Under the pieces are notes generated by a model. It did not search any database, was not told the origin of the DNA, and saw only the letters and a list, made by a program, of their open reading frames with translations. Positions 28,619 to 40,796 of a stretch of 64,000 nt of DNA are shown piece after piece. The stretch's first letter is position 1, and the number at the start of each line of letters is the position of its first letter. The DNA is from Candidatus Uhrbacteria bacterium (GTDB taxonomy: Bacteria; Patescibacteriota; Patescibacteriia; JACQRZ01), in the NCBI GenBank assembly GCA_016206155.1, contig JACQSC010000002.1, forward strand, positions 15,473 through 79,472, in the 5' to 3' direction. Both the position numbers and the translations under genes were made by a program.

Positions 28619-29659
28619 TCAGTGAATGTCTGCGTGTTCAATCCCAATCCATTCGGCAACTATTTCCTTTACATCTTCAACTCTTACGGTGACTAATTCC
28701 TCATCGCGATGTTCATATACTTTTTTTGCCGCGCCATGCAAAAGAGCAGCGGCATGTTCATGCGCTGAACCTCGTTCAACATTTAGTTTTGCCGCGGCCT
28801 CGTCCATAATGTCAATAGCCTTATCGGGCAATCGCCGACCTTTTATATATTCTTGAGAGAGCCGCACGGAGGCAACAATAGCCTCGTCGCTTATCTTCAC
28901 TTTGTGATAATCTTCATATTTCCCCTTAATTCCTCGTAAAATTTGTATTGATTCATCAACAGTCGGCTCATCGACGAGAACTGCTTGAAAACGACGATCC
29001 CAGCTCTCATCAGGCTGAATGTACGTCTCGTACTCAGCTTTTGTCGTCGCACCGATAAGCTGAAGATCTCCACGAGCAAGTGCGGGCTTAAGGATATCGG
29101 ATAAACTTATAGCGCCCTCAGTTCCTCGCGTCTGTGATATCGTATGAATTTCATCAATAAAAAGAATAATGGTACGCTTGCTTCTTTGGATTTCCTGTAC
29201 GATTCTTTTAATTCGCTGTTCAAACTCTCCCCGATATTTCGTTCCTGCAAGTAACTCGGAAACCTGTAGAAGAAGAACACGTTTGTTGCGTAAAATTTCC
29301 GGCACCTCAGCGCGCGCAATACGTTGTGCCAAACCTTCAACCACCGCGGTTTTCCCAACTCCGGGCTGTCCGACTAAAATAATATTATTTTTTGTCCTGC
29401 GTGATAAAATTTGTGCGGCGCGCATAATCTCATCCGATCGGCCAATAACTGGATCAATCGTGCCTGCGCGTGCAGCTATCGTAAGATCGGTCGCATAGAT
29501 ATCCAGCGTCGGCGTCTGTGTTATATAACCGCCAATTCCTCTCTTCTTGAGGTAATAACCAATACAAACAATAATGCCCAATATGACAAGCCACTTTATA
29601 AATTCATCTGTAAAAACAGGGAGGAACGTTTCCATACACATGGCGCGCGCCGCGCCCAT
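28619..29659 (-). CDS. membrane-anchored AAA+ ATPase corresponding to the Clp/Hsp100 D1 module only
   Basis: N-terminal TM helix, then 'IGRSDEIMRAAQILSRRTKNNIILVGQPGVGKTAVVEGLAQRI', 'TKYRGEFE' and '[10 protein letters not shown]', which are ClpA/B/C D1 signatures. No Clp N domain and no D2 module. Confidence 0.65.
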   Translation of the reverse strand: MGAARAMCMETFLPVFTDEFIKWLVILGIIVCIGYYLKKRGIGGYITQTPTLDIYATDLTIAARAGTIDPVIGRSDEIMRAAQILSRRTKNNIILVGQPGVGKTAVVEGLAQRIARAEVPEILRNKRVLLLQVSELLAGTKYRGEFEQRIKRIVQEIQRSKRTIILFIDEIHTISQTRGTEGAISLSDILKPALARGDLQLIGATTKAEYETYIQPDESWDRRFQAVLVDEPTVDESIQILRGIKGKYEDYHKVKISDEAIVASVRLSQEYIKGRRLPDKAIDIMDEAAAKLNVERGSAHEHAAALLHGAAKKVYEHRDEELVTVRVEDVKEIVAEWIGIEHADIH

Positions 29660-29751
29660 CTATTCTTTAATTACCACTTAAGTATATCCCCCCCCCCTCT
29701 GTGCACAAGTGGATAAAAATAATCAAAGGCTAAAACCGTCTTAGCCGTTGA

Positions 29752-29797
29752 AAAAGAGCTTCGCTCCGTCAGCTGGCGGAGCGAAGCTCTTTTTATT
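29752..29797. terminator. rho-independent (bidirectional) terminator downstream of groEL
   Basis: 15 bp perfect stem 'aagagcttcgctccg...cggagcgaagctctt' flanked by A and T runs. Confidence 0.75.
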
Positions 29798-29831
29798 TAA
29801 TGCCTAGAGCCTAATGCCTGATGCCTCTTTT

Positions 29832-31493
<1,662 letters not shown>

Positions 31494-31520
31494 CTAGGTT
31501 ATAGTGGTTAGGGGTTAGTG

Positions 31521-31829
31521 TTACCGGACAAGTACTGCGAGAATATCTGACTCTGAAAGAATGAGATATTCTTTGTCGTCGACCTTGATTTCGTCGGGAG
31601 CGTATTTCTTAAAGAACACTACGTCACCGACCTTCACTTCCCAGGCCAAGCGCTGGCCATTATCCAAGAGTTTGCCGGATCCAAGGGCAACCACGCGCCC
31701 CTTCTCCGGTTTCTCTTTATCAACGGTGTCGGGCAGAATAATGCCCGCCTTTGTCACCTCGTCTGCGCTGATCGCTTCCACAATGATGCGGTCAGCAAGC
31801 GGCTGGAGTTTCAACGCTGTATCACTCAT
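31521..31829 (-). CDS. groS: co-chaperonin GroES (10 kDa)
   Basis: 'LKPLADRIIVE...KAGIILPD' mobile-loop region, 102 aa, immediately upstream of groL. Confidence 0.95.
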   Translation of the reverse strand: MSDTALKLQPLADRIIVEAISADEVTKAGIILPDTVDKEKPEKGRVVALGSGKLLDNGQRLAWEVKVGDVVFFKKYAPDEIKVDDKEYLILSESDILAVLVR

Positions 31830-31883
31830 AGAGCGTTTTTATCTATTTAAGAATTAAAAAACGACACAAAGAATGTCGCCATT

Positions 31884-33236
31884 TTATACAAAAACAATTT
31901 TACTGTCAAGACCCCCTACTCCGTTACGATGGTTGACAAGAATACCAAGCACGATGCCAACAAGGAATATCCCAGACGGGAGCGTCCAAAGGAAGTGGTC
32001 AAAAAGTGACGCGCCCAAAAGAGCGGCCAGTAACGGATATCCGGCAACGGATACGCGCTTACACACCGACCACAAAAGAATGAGAATTAACACTGCGCCG
32101 ATGATGCCAAGCTCTGCCACTATCATAAGAAAAACATTGTGGATCGGCTGATACGCATACCATGGCTGCGCCGTGCCAGTGGCTTGCTCATGATAATAAA
32201 GGGCGTTGGTAAAATTACCAATACCGGTTCCCGTTATCCGCGTGGCCAACGGAAAACTGGCTGCGCGTTCGAGAATCCCAACCCGCTCTGAGAGCGACTG
32301 GGATTCCAGGCGTGTTTGCGCATACCCAAAACGTGTGGCTGTCTCTTCCGGGAATATGCTTATAAATATAAAAACTGTCATCATGCTTGCCACGACCATG
32401 ATTGCGAGAGGGTGAACCGTCCTTGTGCCGGCGTGTATCGCCGCTGACAGTCCTCGCTTGCGAAAAGAGATGAGCGCCGCAACCATTCCGACACACGCCG
32501 CCGCGAGCAGAGCAAACCACGCACTGCGTGAGAATGTGAAAAGAAGCGCAAGGAGAATAATCTGTGACGATCCGATAAGAACTATCCACTGTATCTTTTC
32601 GTGCGCGCGGGTAAGCGCTGTTGCGCAAAACACCATGCTTATGGAAAGATAGACTCCAAGAATGTTGGGGTGAGGGAAGGCGCCGTACGCGCGCAGCCAC
32701 CGTCGATCGCCCGCCTCAACAACCGATGTTCCAAGCGTGGAGGGGTCGTGTGCGGCAATGCCGAGCAGTGAATTCGCCGCGACCTCTTGCGTGCCAAACT
32801 GCCACAGGCCGAGAATACTCTGAACAACTGCCGCGATAATCCACGCACCGAGAAACCATCGTACGTTCAAGTGAACGCTGCGAAATAGAAAAAAAAGAAT
32901 CGCGCCCTCGAGTAAGCGAATCCACGCGAATAGCGCGACAAGACGATCGTCGCTCCAAAAAATAGAAAGACCGGCGAACAAGAGAAAGGCGAGAATCCAT
33001 TGTGCGCATACCGAGAGATTCCTCGGCCTATGATTATGTAAAAATGTAACCGCCAAAAGGGCGAGCGCGAGGATCAAAAACTCAATGGCATAGATGCGAA
33101 GCGTCCCGTACTGCCACACCCCCTGCGCTCCATCAGGACCTATCATAGCCTCGTGAATAATCCAGACCGTCTGCCATGGAAGCAGAAAGATCAAAAGGGC
33201 AATGCCCGATTCAAGTGTTTTATTCAAAAAATTCAT
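31884..33236 (-). CDS. polytopic membrane protein, O-antigen ligase/Wzy-like (tentative)
   Basis: About 12 predicted TM helices with a large periplasmic loop, O-antigen polymerase/ligase-like topology. No diagnostic motif. Confidence 0.4.
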   Translation of the reverse strand: MNFLNKTLESGIALLIFLLPWQTVWIIHEAMIGPDGAQGVWQYGTLRIYAIEFLILALALLAVTFLHNHRPRNLSVCAQWILAFLLFAGLSIFWSDDRLVALFAWIRLLEGAILFFLFRSVHLNVRWFLGAWIIAAVVQSILGLWQFGTQEVAANSLLGIAAHDPSTLGTSVVEAGDRRWLRAYGAFPHPNILGVYLSISMVFCATALTRAHEKIQWIVLIGSSQIILLALLFTFSRSAWFALLAAACVGMVAALISFRKRGLSAAIHAGTRTVHPLAIMVVASMMTVFIFISIFPEETATRFGYAQTRLESQSLSERVGILERAASFPLATRITGTGIGNFTNALYYHEQATGTAQPWYAYQPIHNVFLMIVAELGIIGAVLILILLWSVCKRVSVAGYPLLAALLGASLFDHFLWTLPSGIFLVGIVLGILVNHRNGVGGLDSKIVFV

Positions 33237-33271
33237 AGGAACGTCAACAGTGCCGAATCAGGAATTATGAA

Positions 33272-34291
33272 TTATGAATAAGGGGTTTTCTGATTCCTGA
33301 TTCCGAGTTCTTCGCAGCGCTGTTCAAATCTCTCACTGATCTCTTGCCGCCGATCCGCGATGTGAAACTTCAGCACCGTGTCGGAAACGACAACTCCCGT
33401 CCCGACATTGGCGCGGTTGCGGATGGCGATGGGAAGAATGCGAAGCTGCAAAGATCGAAGTATTCGCTCAATCGCTCCGCCAAAACACCGGCTGAATATC
33501 TCCCCCGCATGCTTTATCCCATGCATGATAGGCGAAAGCGTGATACGACGCCGCGGAATCGGTTCACACGGAAATACGTTTGGAAGAATGTCGGTAATCC
33601 ACGCGTTTTTCAAAAAGAATTGATCGTACACACCATCATCATAAAGCGGAACGCACCACGCGACCCAGGATGCAAGATACACGTCAGGATCCCATCCATC
33701 CAGCTGGAGCGACGAGAGATCAAGAGCGCAATCTGAAATGAAAAAACTCAAGCAAAACGTATCGCGCTCATGGCCTTTTCTCGGACGGAGATTCAGTATA
33801 TGGGCAAGACTGGTACAAAAAAATCGTACCGTCCACACATGGCGTGCGCTGACAACAATAAAAAGATCAATATCGCTTTCATCGCGCGCGACATTCAGGC
33901 CCAGTGTGTTGCATACGCAAACCATGCGCACAAACGGTATGTGCGCAAGCAGAGAAACGAACCGCTTTGCCCGTATGTATTTTCGATACGAATAGATCAT
34001 ACGCCCTTGCCGACGCGCGCGCAAAAGATCGCGCCCAACAAGATAAAAGAGTCCCTCCCCCGATGAAATACGCGCGGCGAGAAACGGAGAAGATGCAAGA
34101 CAGTCGCGAATCATGAGTACGGTATAGGGCTCGCCCCTCTCTGTTGAGATAAGAAATTTCCAAATCTCGAAATCGGTTAGAGGGTATTCAAAGATATCAA
34201 AAAAAATAAGGGTTCGAAGTATTGCGCATTCAAAATGTGAGGGTGTTTCCGTTGACATAAGGCCTGTCATATTGTATCCTAATAAGCGCAT
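33272..34291 (-). CDS. hypothetical protein with a nucleotidyltransferase-like motif
   Basis: 'LGLNVARDESDIDLFIVV' resembles the pol-beta superfamily NTase motif. Otherwise unassigned. Confidence 0.3.
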   Translation of the reverse strand: MRLLGYNMTGLMSTETPSHFECAILRTLIFFDIFEYPLTDFEIWKFLISTERGEPYTVLMIRDCLASSPFLAARISSGEGLFYLVGRDLLRARRQGRMIYSYRKYIRAKRFVSLLAHIPFVRMVCVCNTLGLNVARDESDIDLFIVVSARHVWTVRFFCTSLAHILNLRPRKGHERDTFCLSFFISDCALDLSSLQLDGWDPDVYLASWVAWCVPLYDDGVYDQFFLKNAWITDILPNVFPCEPIPRRRITLSPIMHGIKHAGEIFSRCFGGAIERILRSLQLRILPIAIRNRANVGTGVVVSDTVLKFHIADRRQEISERFEQRCEELGIRNQKTPYS

Positions 34292-34300
34292 AATTCAACC

Positions 34301-35572
34301 ATGAAAGCATTATTGTACAGCACTGCGCGTGCGTGTGCCCGTGCCCTATCACCTGTGGGACGGTTTTTTTTGGGTGGCGCTGTTTTTCTCTACGGATGGT
34401 ATCTCAAAGGGAGCATTTCTCTTCAGAAGAGGGGGGTTATGGTTCATCATCCGCTATATGCTCTTGTTTCCCGCCACCACGTACATCACGCACTGATCGT
34501 TGGCATATCTCTGCTTGCCATTGGCCACACCGTCCTCCTTCAGCGAGTGGATGAACAAGAATTCCTTCTCCCTCAGAACGCGCTCTCTCGCCTCTTTGCA
34601 GAAGAAGACGCCTTTATTGTTGAAACACAAAATTTCACTCCCATTGCCGATAGTGAGTATGTCACCTCAACCGACATACGATCTCAACCAACGCCAACAC
34701 CAACCGAAAACACGCAAAAGCAATCCCCGCTTCCACAGGCAGGCAGTCTCGCGACCATTCCCGACACGCTCATCAAACCCATACTGCCAACCATCCAGAC
34801 CGAGCCGTATCGCGCCCAAACAATCCAAACGTATGTTGTCAAAACGGGAGATACGCTGGGAAACATTGCGCGCGCCCACGGCCTTAAACTCTCGACACTC
34901 CTCTGGGCGAACAACCTAACAGAACGATCGGTTATCCGACTCGGCCAGCATCTTGTTGTTCTACCCGTTGATGGCATACATTATCGCATTAAACGTGGCG
35001 ATACGCTTGGATTGGTTGCAAAACGCTTCAGCTCCGACATAGATAGTATTGTTAAAGCAAACAACCTTGCAAACCCCAATGCGGTTGCCATTGGCGACCT
35101 ACTCATGATCCCGGGCGGAGTCATGCCAACTCCTTCCCGCTATGTGCCACAGCAGTCGCTTATTGGACGCGTGCGAGATACCATTGCTCCGTCTGGAACA
35201 AGCGAACGGGCAAGCGGCAGCTATATCTGGCCGACGTCTGCACGGCGCATCACGCAGTACTTTAGCTGGCGCCATATTGGCGTCGACATTGCAGGACCTC
35301 CGTCAAATCGGATTTACTCCGCCGCCGATGGCGTTGTTTCCTTCGCGGGATGGGCGAAGGGATATGGCCTCTCTGTCGTGATTAATCATGGAGGAGGCAA
35401 GCAAACACGCTATGGACATTCGCGACAACTCTTTGTAAAAGTAGGCCAATCCGTATCACAGGGAGAAACGATTGCCATGGTCGGAAGCACCGGGCGCTCA
35501 ACGGGTCCCCACCTCCATTTTGAAATCATTGTCAACGGAAAACGCGTTAACCCATTCGCCTACATCCGTTAA
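34301..35572 (+). CDS. peptidoglycan hydrolase: two LysM domains plus an M23 family metallopeptidase
   Basis: LysM 'YVVKTGDTLGNIARAHGL' and 'YRIKRGDTLGLVAKRF'. M23 'HGGGKQTRYGHS...GSTGRSTGPHLHFEI'. Confidence 0.85.
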   Translation: MKALLYSTARACARALSPVGRFFLGGAVFLYGWYLKGSISLQKRGVMVHHPLYALVSRHHVHHALIVGISLLAIGHTVLLQRVDEQEFLLPQNALSRLFAEEDAFIVETQNFTPIADSEYVTSTDIRSQPTPTPTENTQKQSPLPQAGSLATIPDTLIKPILPTIQTEPYRAQTIQTYVVKTGDTLGNIARAHGLKLSTLLWANNLTERSVIRLGQHLVVLPVDGIHYRIKRGDTLGLVAKRFSSDIDSIVKANNLANPNAVAIGDLLMIPGGVMPTPSRYVPQQSLIGRVRDTIAPSGTSERASGSYIWPTSARRITQYFSWRHIGVDIAGPPSNRIYSAADGVVSFAGWAKGYGLSVVINHGGGKQTRYGHSRQLFVKVGQSVSQGETIAMVGSTGRSTGPHLHFEIIVNGKRVNPFAYIR

Positions 35573-35588
35573 TACGACGTACGTATTG

Positions 35589-37148
35589 CTAATACTCTCT
35601 GCACTGCGATCGGTACTGAATGCTTTCCGCAATATGTCCGGTCTCTATCGTCTCGCTCTCATCAAGATCGGCGATGGTTCGCGCAACTTTGAGCGTGCGC
35701 GCATAGGAGCGCGCGGAAAGCCCCAACCGTTCTGCCGCGGTGCGCATCATCGCGAGCGCCTCATTTTTCAGCTCGCAAAACGTTTCAAGAAAATGAGCGG
35801 GGATCTCGTTATTGGTTCTCAGATGATGCACGGCAAGCCGAGCCGTTTGGCATGTACGCGCCTTTATAATGCGCGCACGCACAATCTCAGATGTCTCTCC
35901 TTGCCCCGGAGAAGAAAGAAGTTCGATATCAACGGCGGGAACATCGACGAACATATCGATTCGGTCGAGAATGGGGCCCGATATTCTTTTTTGGTACATA
36001 CTTATTGCTCCGGCAGAACAGACACACTCCTGCCTATCGCTCCCTCGATTACCGCACGGGCACGGATTCTGCGCGGCGACAAGTTGACACCGGCTTGGAT
36101 ATTTGATGCTTCCCTGCGCGCGACTGATGGTCACCCACCCGTCTTCAAGCGGCTGTCGCAATGCCTCAATAACCGAGCGAGGAAATTCTGGAAATTCATC
36201 AAGAAAGAGAACACCACGATGCGCAAGCGTTATTTCCCCTGGACTTGGCGTACTTCCTCCGCCAACAAGGGAGGCAATCGATGCGGAATGGTGCGGGCTC
36301 CGAAAGGGTCGCTCCCTGATCAGCGGCAGCGATGGTGACAACTTTCCGGCAACGCTCCAGATACGCGTCACCTCAAGAGCCTCATCAAATGAGAGCTGGG
36401 GAAGCAGCGTTGGCAACACGCGAGCAAGCATGGTTTTTCCTGACCCGGGAGGACCGGAAAATAAAATATGGTGTCCGCCCGCAGCAGCTATTTCCAATGC
36501 GCGCTTTGCATGATGTTGTCCTTTGATACATGAAAGGTCGCTCAGTAAAGGCCCTCCTGGCGGCTGCGCGAACGTTTCGTTCTCTGATACTTCCCGCGCA
36601 AAGGGCTTCAAGCGCGCAACGCCGACAAGATGGTCAATAAGCGCCGACAGGGACGGAACGGGATAGATGGTGATACCGTCGATCAATGCAGCTTCTGCAG
36701 CATTCTCTTGGGGTACGAAAATCGAGTCATGCCCGCAGGTGCGCGCGGCATGTGCGCAGGCAACAGCGCCGGCAACCGCGCGTACGCTTCCTTCAAGCGA
36801 CAGCTCTCCGACACACGTGCTCTTTTCTACTTCGGCGCGTGCGGCATCGGAAAAAACGCCCCTCATGTCTGGGTCCGCCAACACCATAGAGAGCGCAATG
36901 GGAAGATCGTATGACGCTCCCTGTTTTTTCATGTCCGCAGGAGCCAGGTTAACGGTCACGCGCCCGCGCGGGAACGACAGTCCGCTATTCTTAATAGCGG
37001 ACCGAACACGCTCTCGCGCCTCCTGCACCGAAGCATCGGGAAGACCGACAATGACGCAAGCATACTGTCCCGGACCCGCATCACACTCAACATCGATGCG
37101 CTCCGCATCAAGACCAACCACACGGGCGGAATATACTTTGGATAACAT
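35589..37148 (-). CDS. comM: Mg-chelatase-like AAA ATPase YifB/ComM
   Basis: N-terminal Lon-like domain then AAA 'ILFSGPPGSGKTMLARVLP', 'VLFLDEFPEF', and a C-terminal ChlI-like region. Confidence 0.85.
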   Translation of the reverse strand: MLSKVYSARVVGLDAERIDVECDAGPGQYACVIVGLPDASVQEARERVRSAIKNSGLSFPRGRVTVNLAPADMKKQGASYDLPIALSMVLADPDMRGVFSDAARAEVEKSTCVGELSLEGSVRAVAGAVACAHAARTCGHDSIFVPQENAAEAALIDGITIYPVPSLSALIDHLVGVARLKPFAREVSENETFAQPPGGPLLSDLSCIKGQHHAKRALEIAAAGGHHILFSGPPGSGKTMLARVLPTLLPQLSFDEALEVTRIWSVAGKLSPSLPLIRERPFRSPHHSASIASLVGGGSTPSPGEITLAHRGVLFLDEFPEFPRSVIEALRQPLEDGWVTISRAQGSIKYPSRCQLVAAQNPCPCGNRGSDRQECVCSAGAISMYQKRISGPILDRIDMFVDVPAVDIELLSSPGQGETSEIVRARIIKARTCQTARLAVHHLRTNNEIPAHFLETFCELKNEALAMMRTAAERLGLSARSYARTLKVARTIADLDESETIETGHIAESIQYRSQCREY

Positions 37149-37177
37149 AGTGTAATTTCAGATTTCAGATTTTGAAA

Positions 37178-37615
37178 TCAATTATTTGAAATTTTTGTAC
37201 TATCCTCAGTATACCTTTTCCGAGAACAACATGAAATAACAACGAACACACAACCAACTAAAATCCAGACATCAGCAAGATTAAAAACAGTGAGGCCCGG
37301 TAGTGCGATCCAATCGATCACTCCGCCATAGATATGAGTGTCAAAAAAATTCGACGCCGCACCCGCAACCATGAACGTTGCACCGCTCGCCACGAATGTC
37401 ATGCGCGCCGTCCGAGATACTTCATGCATGAACCATCCTATAAGCAGCAAAACAAAAATAAGAAAAAGGAGGAACGAGAACTCAGCGTTTTGAATAAAAA
37501 ATAACGTCTTCCGATTAAGAAGGACGTTATCTGGGTATACTAATAGGACGATTGTCTTTGTGAGACGATCAATCGCAAAAAGGAAGCACAGAAGAAGACC
37601 GTACGTTCGCCTCAT
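37178..37615 (-). CDS. lspA: lipoprotein signal peptidase II
   Basis: 'FAIDRLTK', 'FFDTHIYGGVIDWI' and 'FNLADVWI' are LspA signatures. Start placed at MRRTYG, overlapping the dksA-like stop. Confidence 0.7.
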   Translation of the reverse strand: MRRTYGLLLCFLFAIDRLTKTIVLLVYPDNVLLNRKTLFFIQNAEFSFLLFLIFVLLLIGWFMHEVSRTARMTFVASGATFMVAGAASNFFDTHIYGGVIDWIALPGLTVFNLADVWILVGCVFVVISCCSRKRYTEDSTKISNN

Positions 37616-37983
37616 TTGCCAGCCTTCTCTTGGCATGCAATACAGAGAACAGCCTGAGGCCGCACGGCAAGACGCTGTTCGCCAATGTCCATACCGCATG
37701 ATTTGCACGTTCCCCATGTGCCTTCGTCAAGACGCGCAAGCGCCTCAACAACCTCGCGAAGTTCTGATTCAAAAGTTGCTTCAAGGCCCAATGAATCACT
37801 ATATGCCGCGACTTCTGCGGCATTCTCGTCTTCTTTGTCACCATAATCCTCCCATGTCGTCTGGAAGTCGGTGTCATCCTTGCCGCTCGGCTTGCCGATT
37901 TTTGCAAGCTCGGCTTCAAGCCGCTCTTTCTCTAAAAACAATTTTTTCTCTATATCTGATAAAAATTGTGTTGAAAAGGCCAT
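37612..37983 (-). CDS. DksA/TraR family C4 zinc-finger protein
   Basis: Coiled-coil N-terminus and the C-terminal 'CKSCGMDIGEQRLAVRPQAVLCIACQ' four-Cys finger. Confidence 0.7.
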   Translation of the reverse strand: MAFSTQFLSDIEKKLFLEKERLEAELAKIGKPSGKDDTDFQTTWEDYGDKEDENAAEVAAYSDSLGLEATFESELREVVEALARLDEGTWGTCKSCGMDIGEQRLAVRPQAVLCIACQEKAGK

Positions 37984-38651
37984 AGTGGTTTATTAATGAA
38001 AGAGTGATGTAAAGAATAAGGACGCCATAGATATAATATAATTTCTTTTGGCGTCCCGGCTACCTCTTTTGCGAGGCAGTCCGGGATCACCCATGTCGAC
38101 AGCGAAGATATTTCGCCGCCCGCATGGGTGATCGCACCAGAATTCGACCTCAAGAGGCAAAAATGCCTTTCTCCGACTGCGAAAAGCAATTATCTTCACT
38201 CCCGATTCTTTGGTGGATTATTGAAACGCCTTTTTTGTGAGCTCAAAAGCCCAATAATACGTTCAACCACCGTTTTGTTTTGTTGTGGCGGGGTTGTCGG
38301 TCTTCCCCGTAAAGAATAGGAGAGAAGACAGAAAATGAGCCCTTTTCGTAAAGGATCATGTTCTGTTTCCTTGTAAAGAACATCTTCACAATAGTAAGTA
38401 TAGCATACTTTTTCCCTGTGGTCAATTGTTTGAACACAATTTGTACTCTCGCTACGAAACACGCGGTTTTTGTTATAATAATAAGAATACTGGACATATG
38501 CCCTCCGGTTCAGCGCTCCCTCACAACTGTTATCCACATGCCCATCGTCGATTTCCGCAATCGCTACCCTCTCACTGTGCGGGCTTGACACGTCAACTCA
38601 AGATCTCCGCGCACAAGCGCGCGAATAACATATCCATTTGATAGCGAACGC

Positions 38652-40796
38652 TTACTCTTTGACGCGCTTCATCGAAAGATTGATGCGATTCTGTTCGTCT
38701 ATGGCAACAACGACAACCTTTACGGCTTGCCCCACTTTCACAATATCGGTTACTTTTTCAACACGGCGGGGGCTGAGTTCTGAGATGTGAACGAGTCCTT
38801 CGGTGCGTGGCAATATTTCGACAAACGCTCCAAAGTCCATAATCCGCGTCACCTTTCCATCAAAGACTTCACCGGCTACTACCTCGCGGGTCAATCGTTT
38901 CACCCACTCAACGGCGCGCTTCATGCCATCTTCATTGGTCGAAGTAATCATCACAAGCCCGGATTGCTCGATGTCGATTTGCACACCGGTCGCGTCGATG
39001 ATCTCATTGATTATTTTTCCGCCCGGACCAATGACGTCGCGGATTTTGTCCGGATTGATCTGCAGTGTCTCAATGCGCGGCGCATAGGGCGAGAGATTTT
39101 CGCGCGGCGCGGTAATCGCCCCCTGCATGACATCAAGAATTTTCAGCCGCGCGCCGTGTGCTTGGGCAAGCGTCTCTTTCACTATTTGCATCGTCAGTCC
39201 ATGAGTCTTGGTGTCGAGCTGAATGGCGGTAATACCCGCGCTCGTTCCTGCGACCTTAAAGTCCATCCCCCCTTCACCGTCTTCGAGATCCTGGAGGTCG
39301 GTAAGAATTTTGTAGTTCCCTTTTTCATCGGATGCTAAGCCCATGGCAATTCCCGCGACCGGCGCCTTGATGGGCACACCGGCATCCATCAGCGCGAGGG
39401 TTGACCCACAGGTTGACCCCATGGAGCTCGATCCGTTTGATCCGAGTACCTCAGAGACAACGCGAATGGTGTAGGGAAATTCCTCCTTGCTTGGCAATAC
39501 CGGAAGCAACGCTTTTTCGGCTAAAGCACCATGGCCCACTTCACGCCGCCCAGGTCCGCGCATGGGCTTGACCTCGCCAACCGAATAGGGAGGGAAATTA
39601 TAATGGTGCATGTAGCGCTTTTTTCCGACTTCCTCCATGCCATCAAGTGTCTGCTCATCACCTGGCGAACCAAGAGTGGCGATTGAGAGCACCTGTGTCT
39701 CTCCCCGCATAAACAGCCCCGATCCATGGGTTCGCGCAAAGATGCCAACTTCGGCGCTCAATGCGCGAATCTCATCAAGTCCGCGAAGGTCGACGCGCTT
39801 GTCCTCCGCAAGAATTGCGCGGGTAATCTCTGACTCTGCAAACTCATTGGCAATCTCAACAATCTTCTTTCGTTTATCCTTCCCGATCTGCAAGGTAACG
39901 AGATATTCATCAAGATCGTGTTTCATTTGGACCACTGCCGCTTTTCTGCTCGCCTTGGTAACTTTCGCACCCATAGTAAGATACTGCGACGCTTTCTCGG
40001 CAAGCCATGTGCGCGCTGTTTTCCATGTTTCTTGGCTTATTGGCTCTTCTTCGGTAATCGCGCCTGAGCCTTGTGCGGCGGCGGACATGATCTCTTCAAC
40101 CGACTGTTTTGGTGCGCCAATTTCCCCTTGAATCTTGGTCAAAAAATCACAGAGCTTGCGATTTTCTTTTAGGGAGTATTCAACGGCCGAAAGCATTACG
40201 TCTTCGGGAACTTGCTGTGCGCCTGCCTCGATCATCACGATTTTTTCTCCGGTGCCAGCAACATAAAGGTCAAGATCGCTCTTTTGACGCGCTTCATATG
40301 TGGGATTGATAACCCACTCACCATTGATGCGGCCGATACGAATGCCGGACAACGGGCCATTCCAAGGAATGTTTGAGAGCATAAGCGCTGCGGACGCTCC
40401 GATCATAGCGGGAACATCGGGATCGTTCTCCTGGTCAATCGCAAGAACGGTAACAATCACTTGAATGTCATTGCGCAACTCTTGAGGGAAAAGCGGACGA
40501 AGCGCGCGGTCAATAAGGCGCGCGGTAAGAATCGCCTCATCGGTCGCGCGGCCTTCGCGCTTGATAAAGCGCGAGCTTTTAATTTTTCCCGCGGCATACA
40601 ATCGCTCTTCATACTCAACCATAAGGGGAAAATAACTCATTCCCTCGCGCTGGTCCGCGCTCATGACAACGGTTGCAAGCACAACCGTCTCTCCAAACTG
40701 ACAAACAACAGCGGCTGACGCCTGTTTGGCGAGTTTGCCGGTCTCGATAATGAGCTTTTTTCCGGCAACCTCTGTTTCATAGGTCTTTGGCATATG
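38652..40796 (-). CDS. pnp: polyribonucleotide nucleotidyltransferase (PNPase)
   Basis: Two RNase PH domains, then KH and S1 ('GEVFDGKVTRIMDFGAFVEI'). Start placed at MPKTYETEV. Confidence 0.95.
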   Translation of the reverse strand, partial: HMPKTYETEVAGKKLIIETGKLAKQASAAVVCQFGETVVLATVVMSADQREGMSYFPLMVEYEERLYAAGKIKSSRFIKREGRATDEAILTARLIDRALRPLFPQELRNDIQVIVTVLAIDQENDPDVPAMIGASAALMLSNIPWNGPLSGIRIGRINGEWVINPTYEARQKSDLDLYVAGTGEKIVMIEAGAQQVPEDVMLSAVEYSLKENRKLCDFLTKIQGEIGAPKQSVEEIMSAAAQGSGAITEEEPISQETWKTARTWLAEKASQYLTMGAKVTKASRKAAVVQMKHDLDEYLVTLQIGKDKRKKIVEIANEFAESEITRAILAEDKRVDLRGLDEIRALSAEVGIFARTHGSGLFMRGETQVLSIATLGSPGDEQTLDGMEEVGKKRYMHHYNFPPYSVGEVKPMRGPGRREVGHGALAEKALLPVLPSKEEFPYTIRVVSEVLGSNGSSSMGSTCGSTLALMDAGVPIKAPVAGIAMGLASDEKGNYKILTDLQDLEDGEGGMDFKVAGTSAGITAIQLDTKTHGLTMQIVKETLAQAHGARLKILDVMQGAITAPRENLSPYAPRIETLQINPDKIRDVIGPGGKIINEIIDATGVQIDIEQSGLVMITSTNEDGMKRAVEWVKRLTREVVAGEVFDGKVTRIMDFGAFVEILPRTEGLVHISELSPRRVEKVTDIVKVGQAVKVVVVAIDEQNRINLSMKRVKE

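Noticed and set aside
31830-31883. CIRCE/HrcA operator upstream of groES
   Set aside because: No TTAGCACTC-N9-GAGTGCTAA-like inverted repeat is visible in the groES upstream region.
38196-38591. 131 aa Cys-rich ORF in the pnp-downstream gap
   Set aside because: Low-complexity composition, no motifs, and overlapping alternative ORFs on both strands. Kept only as part of the gene-poor region finding.
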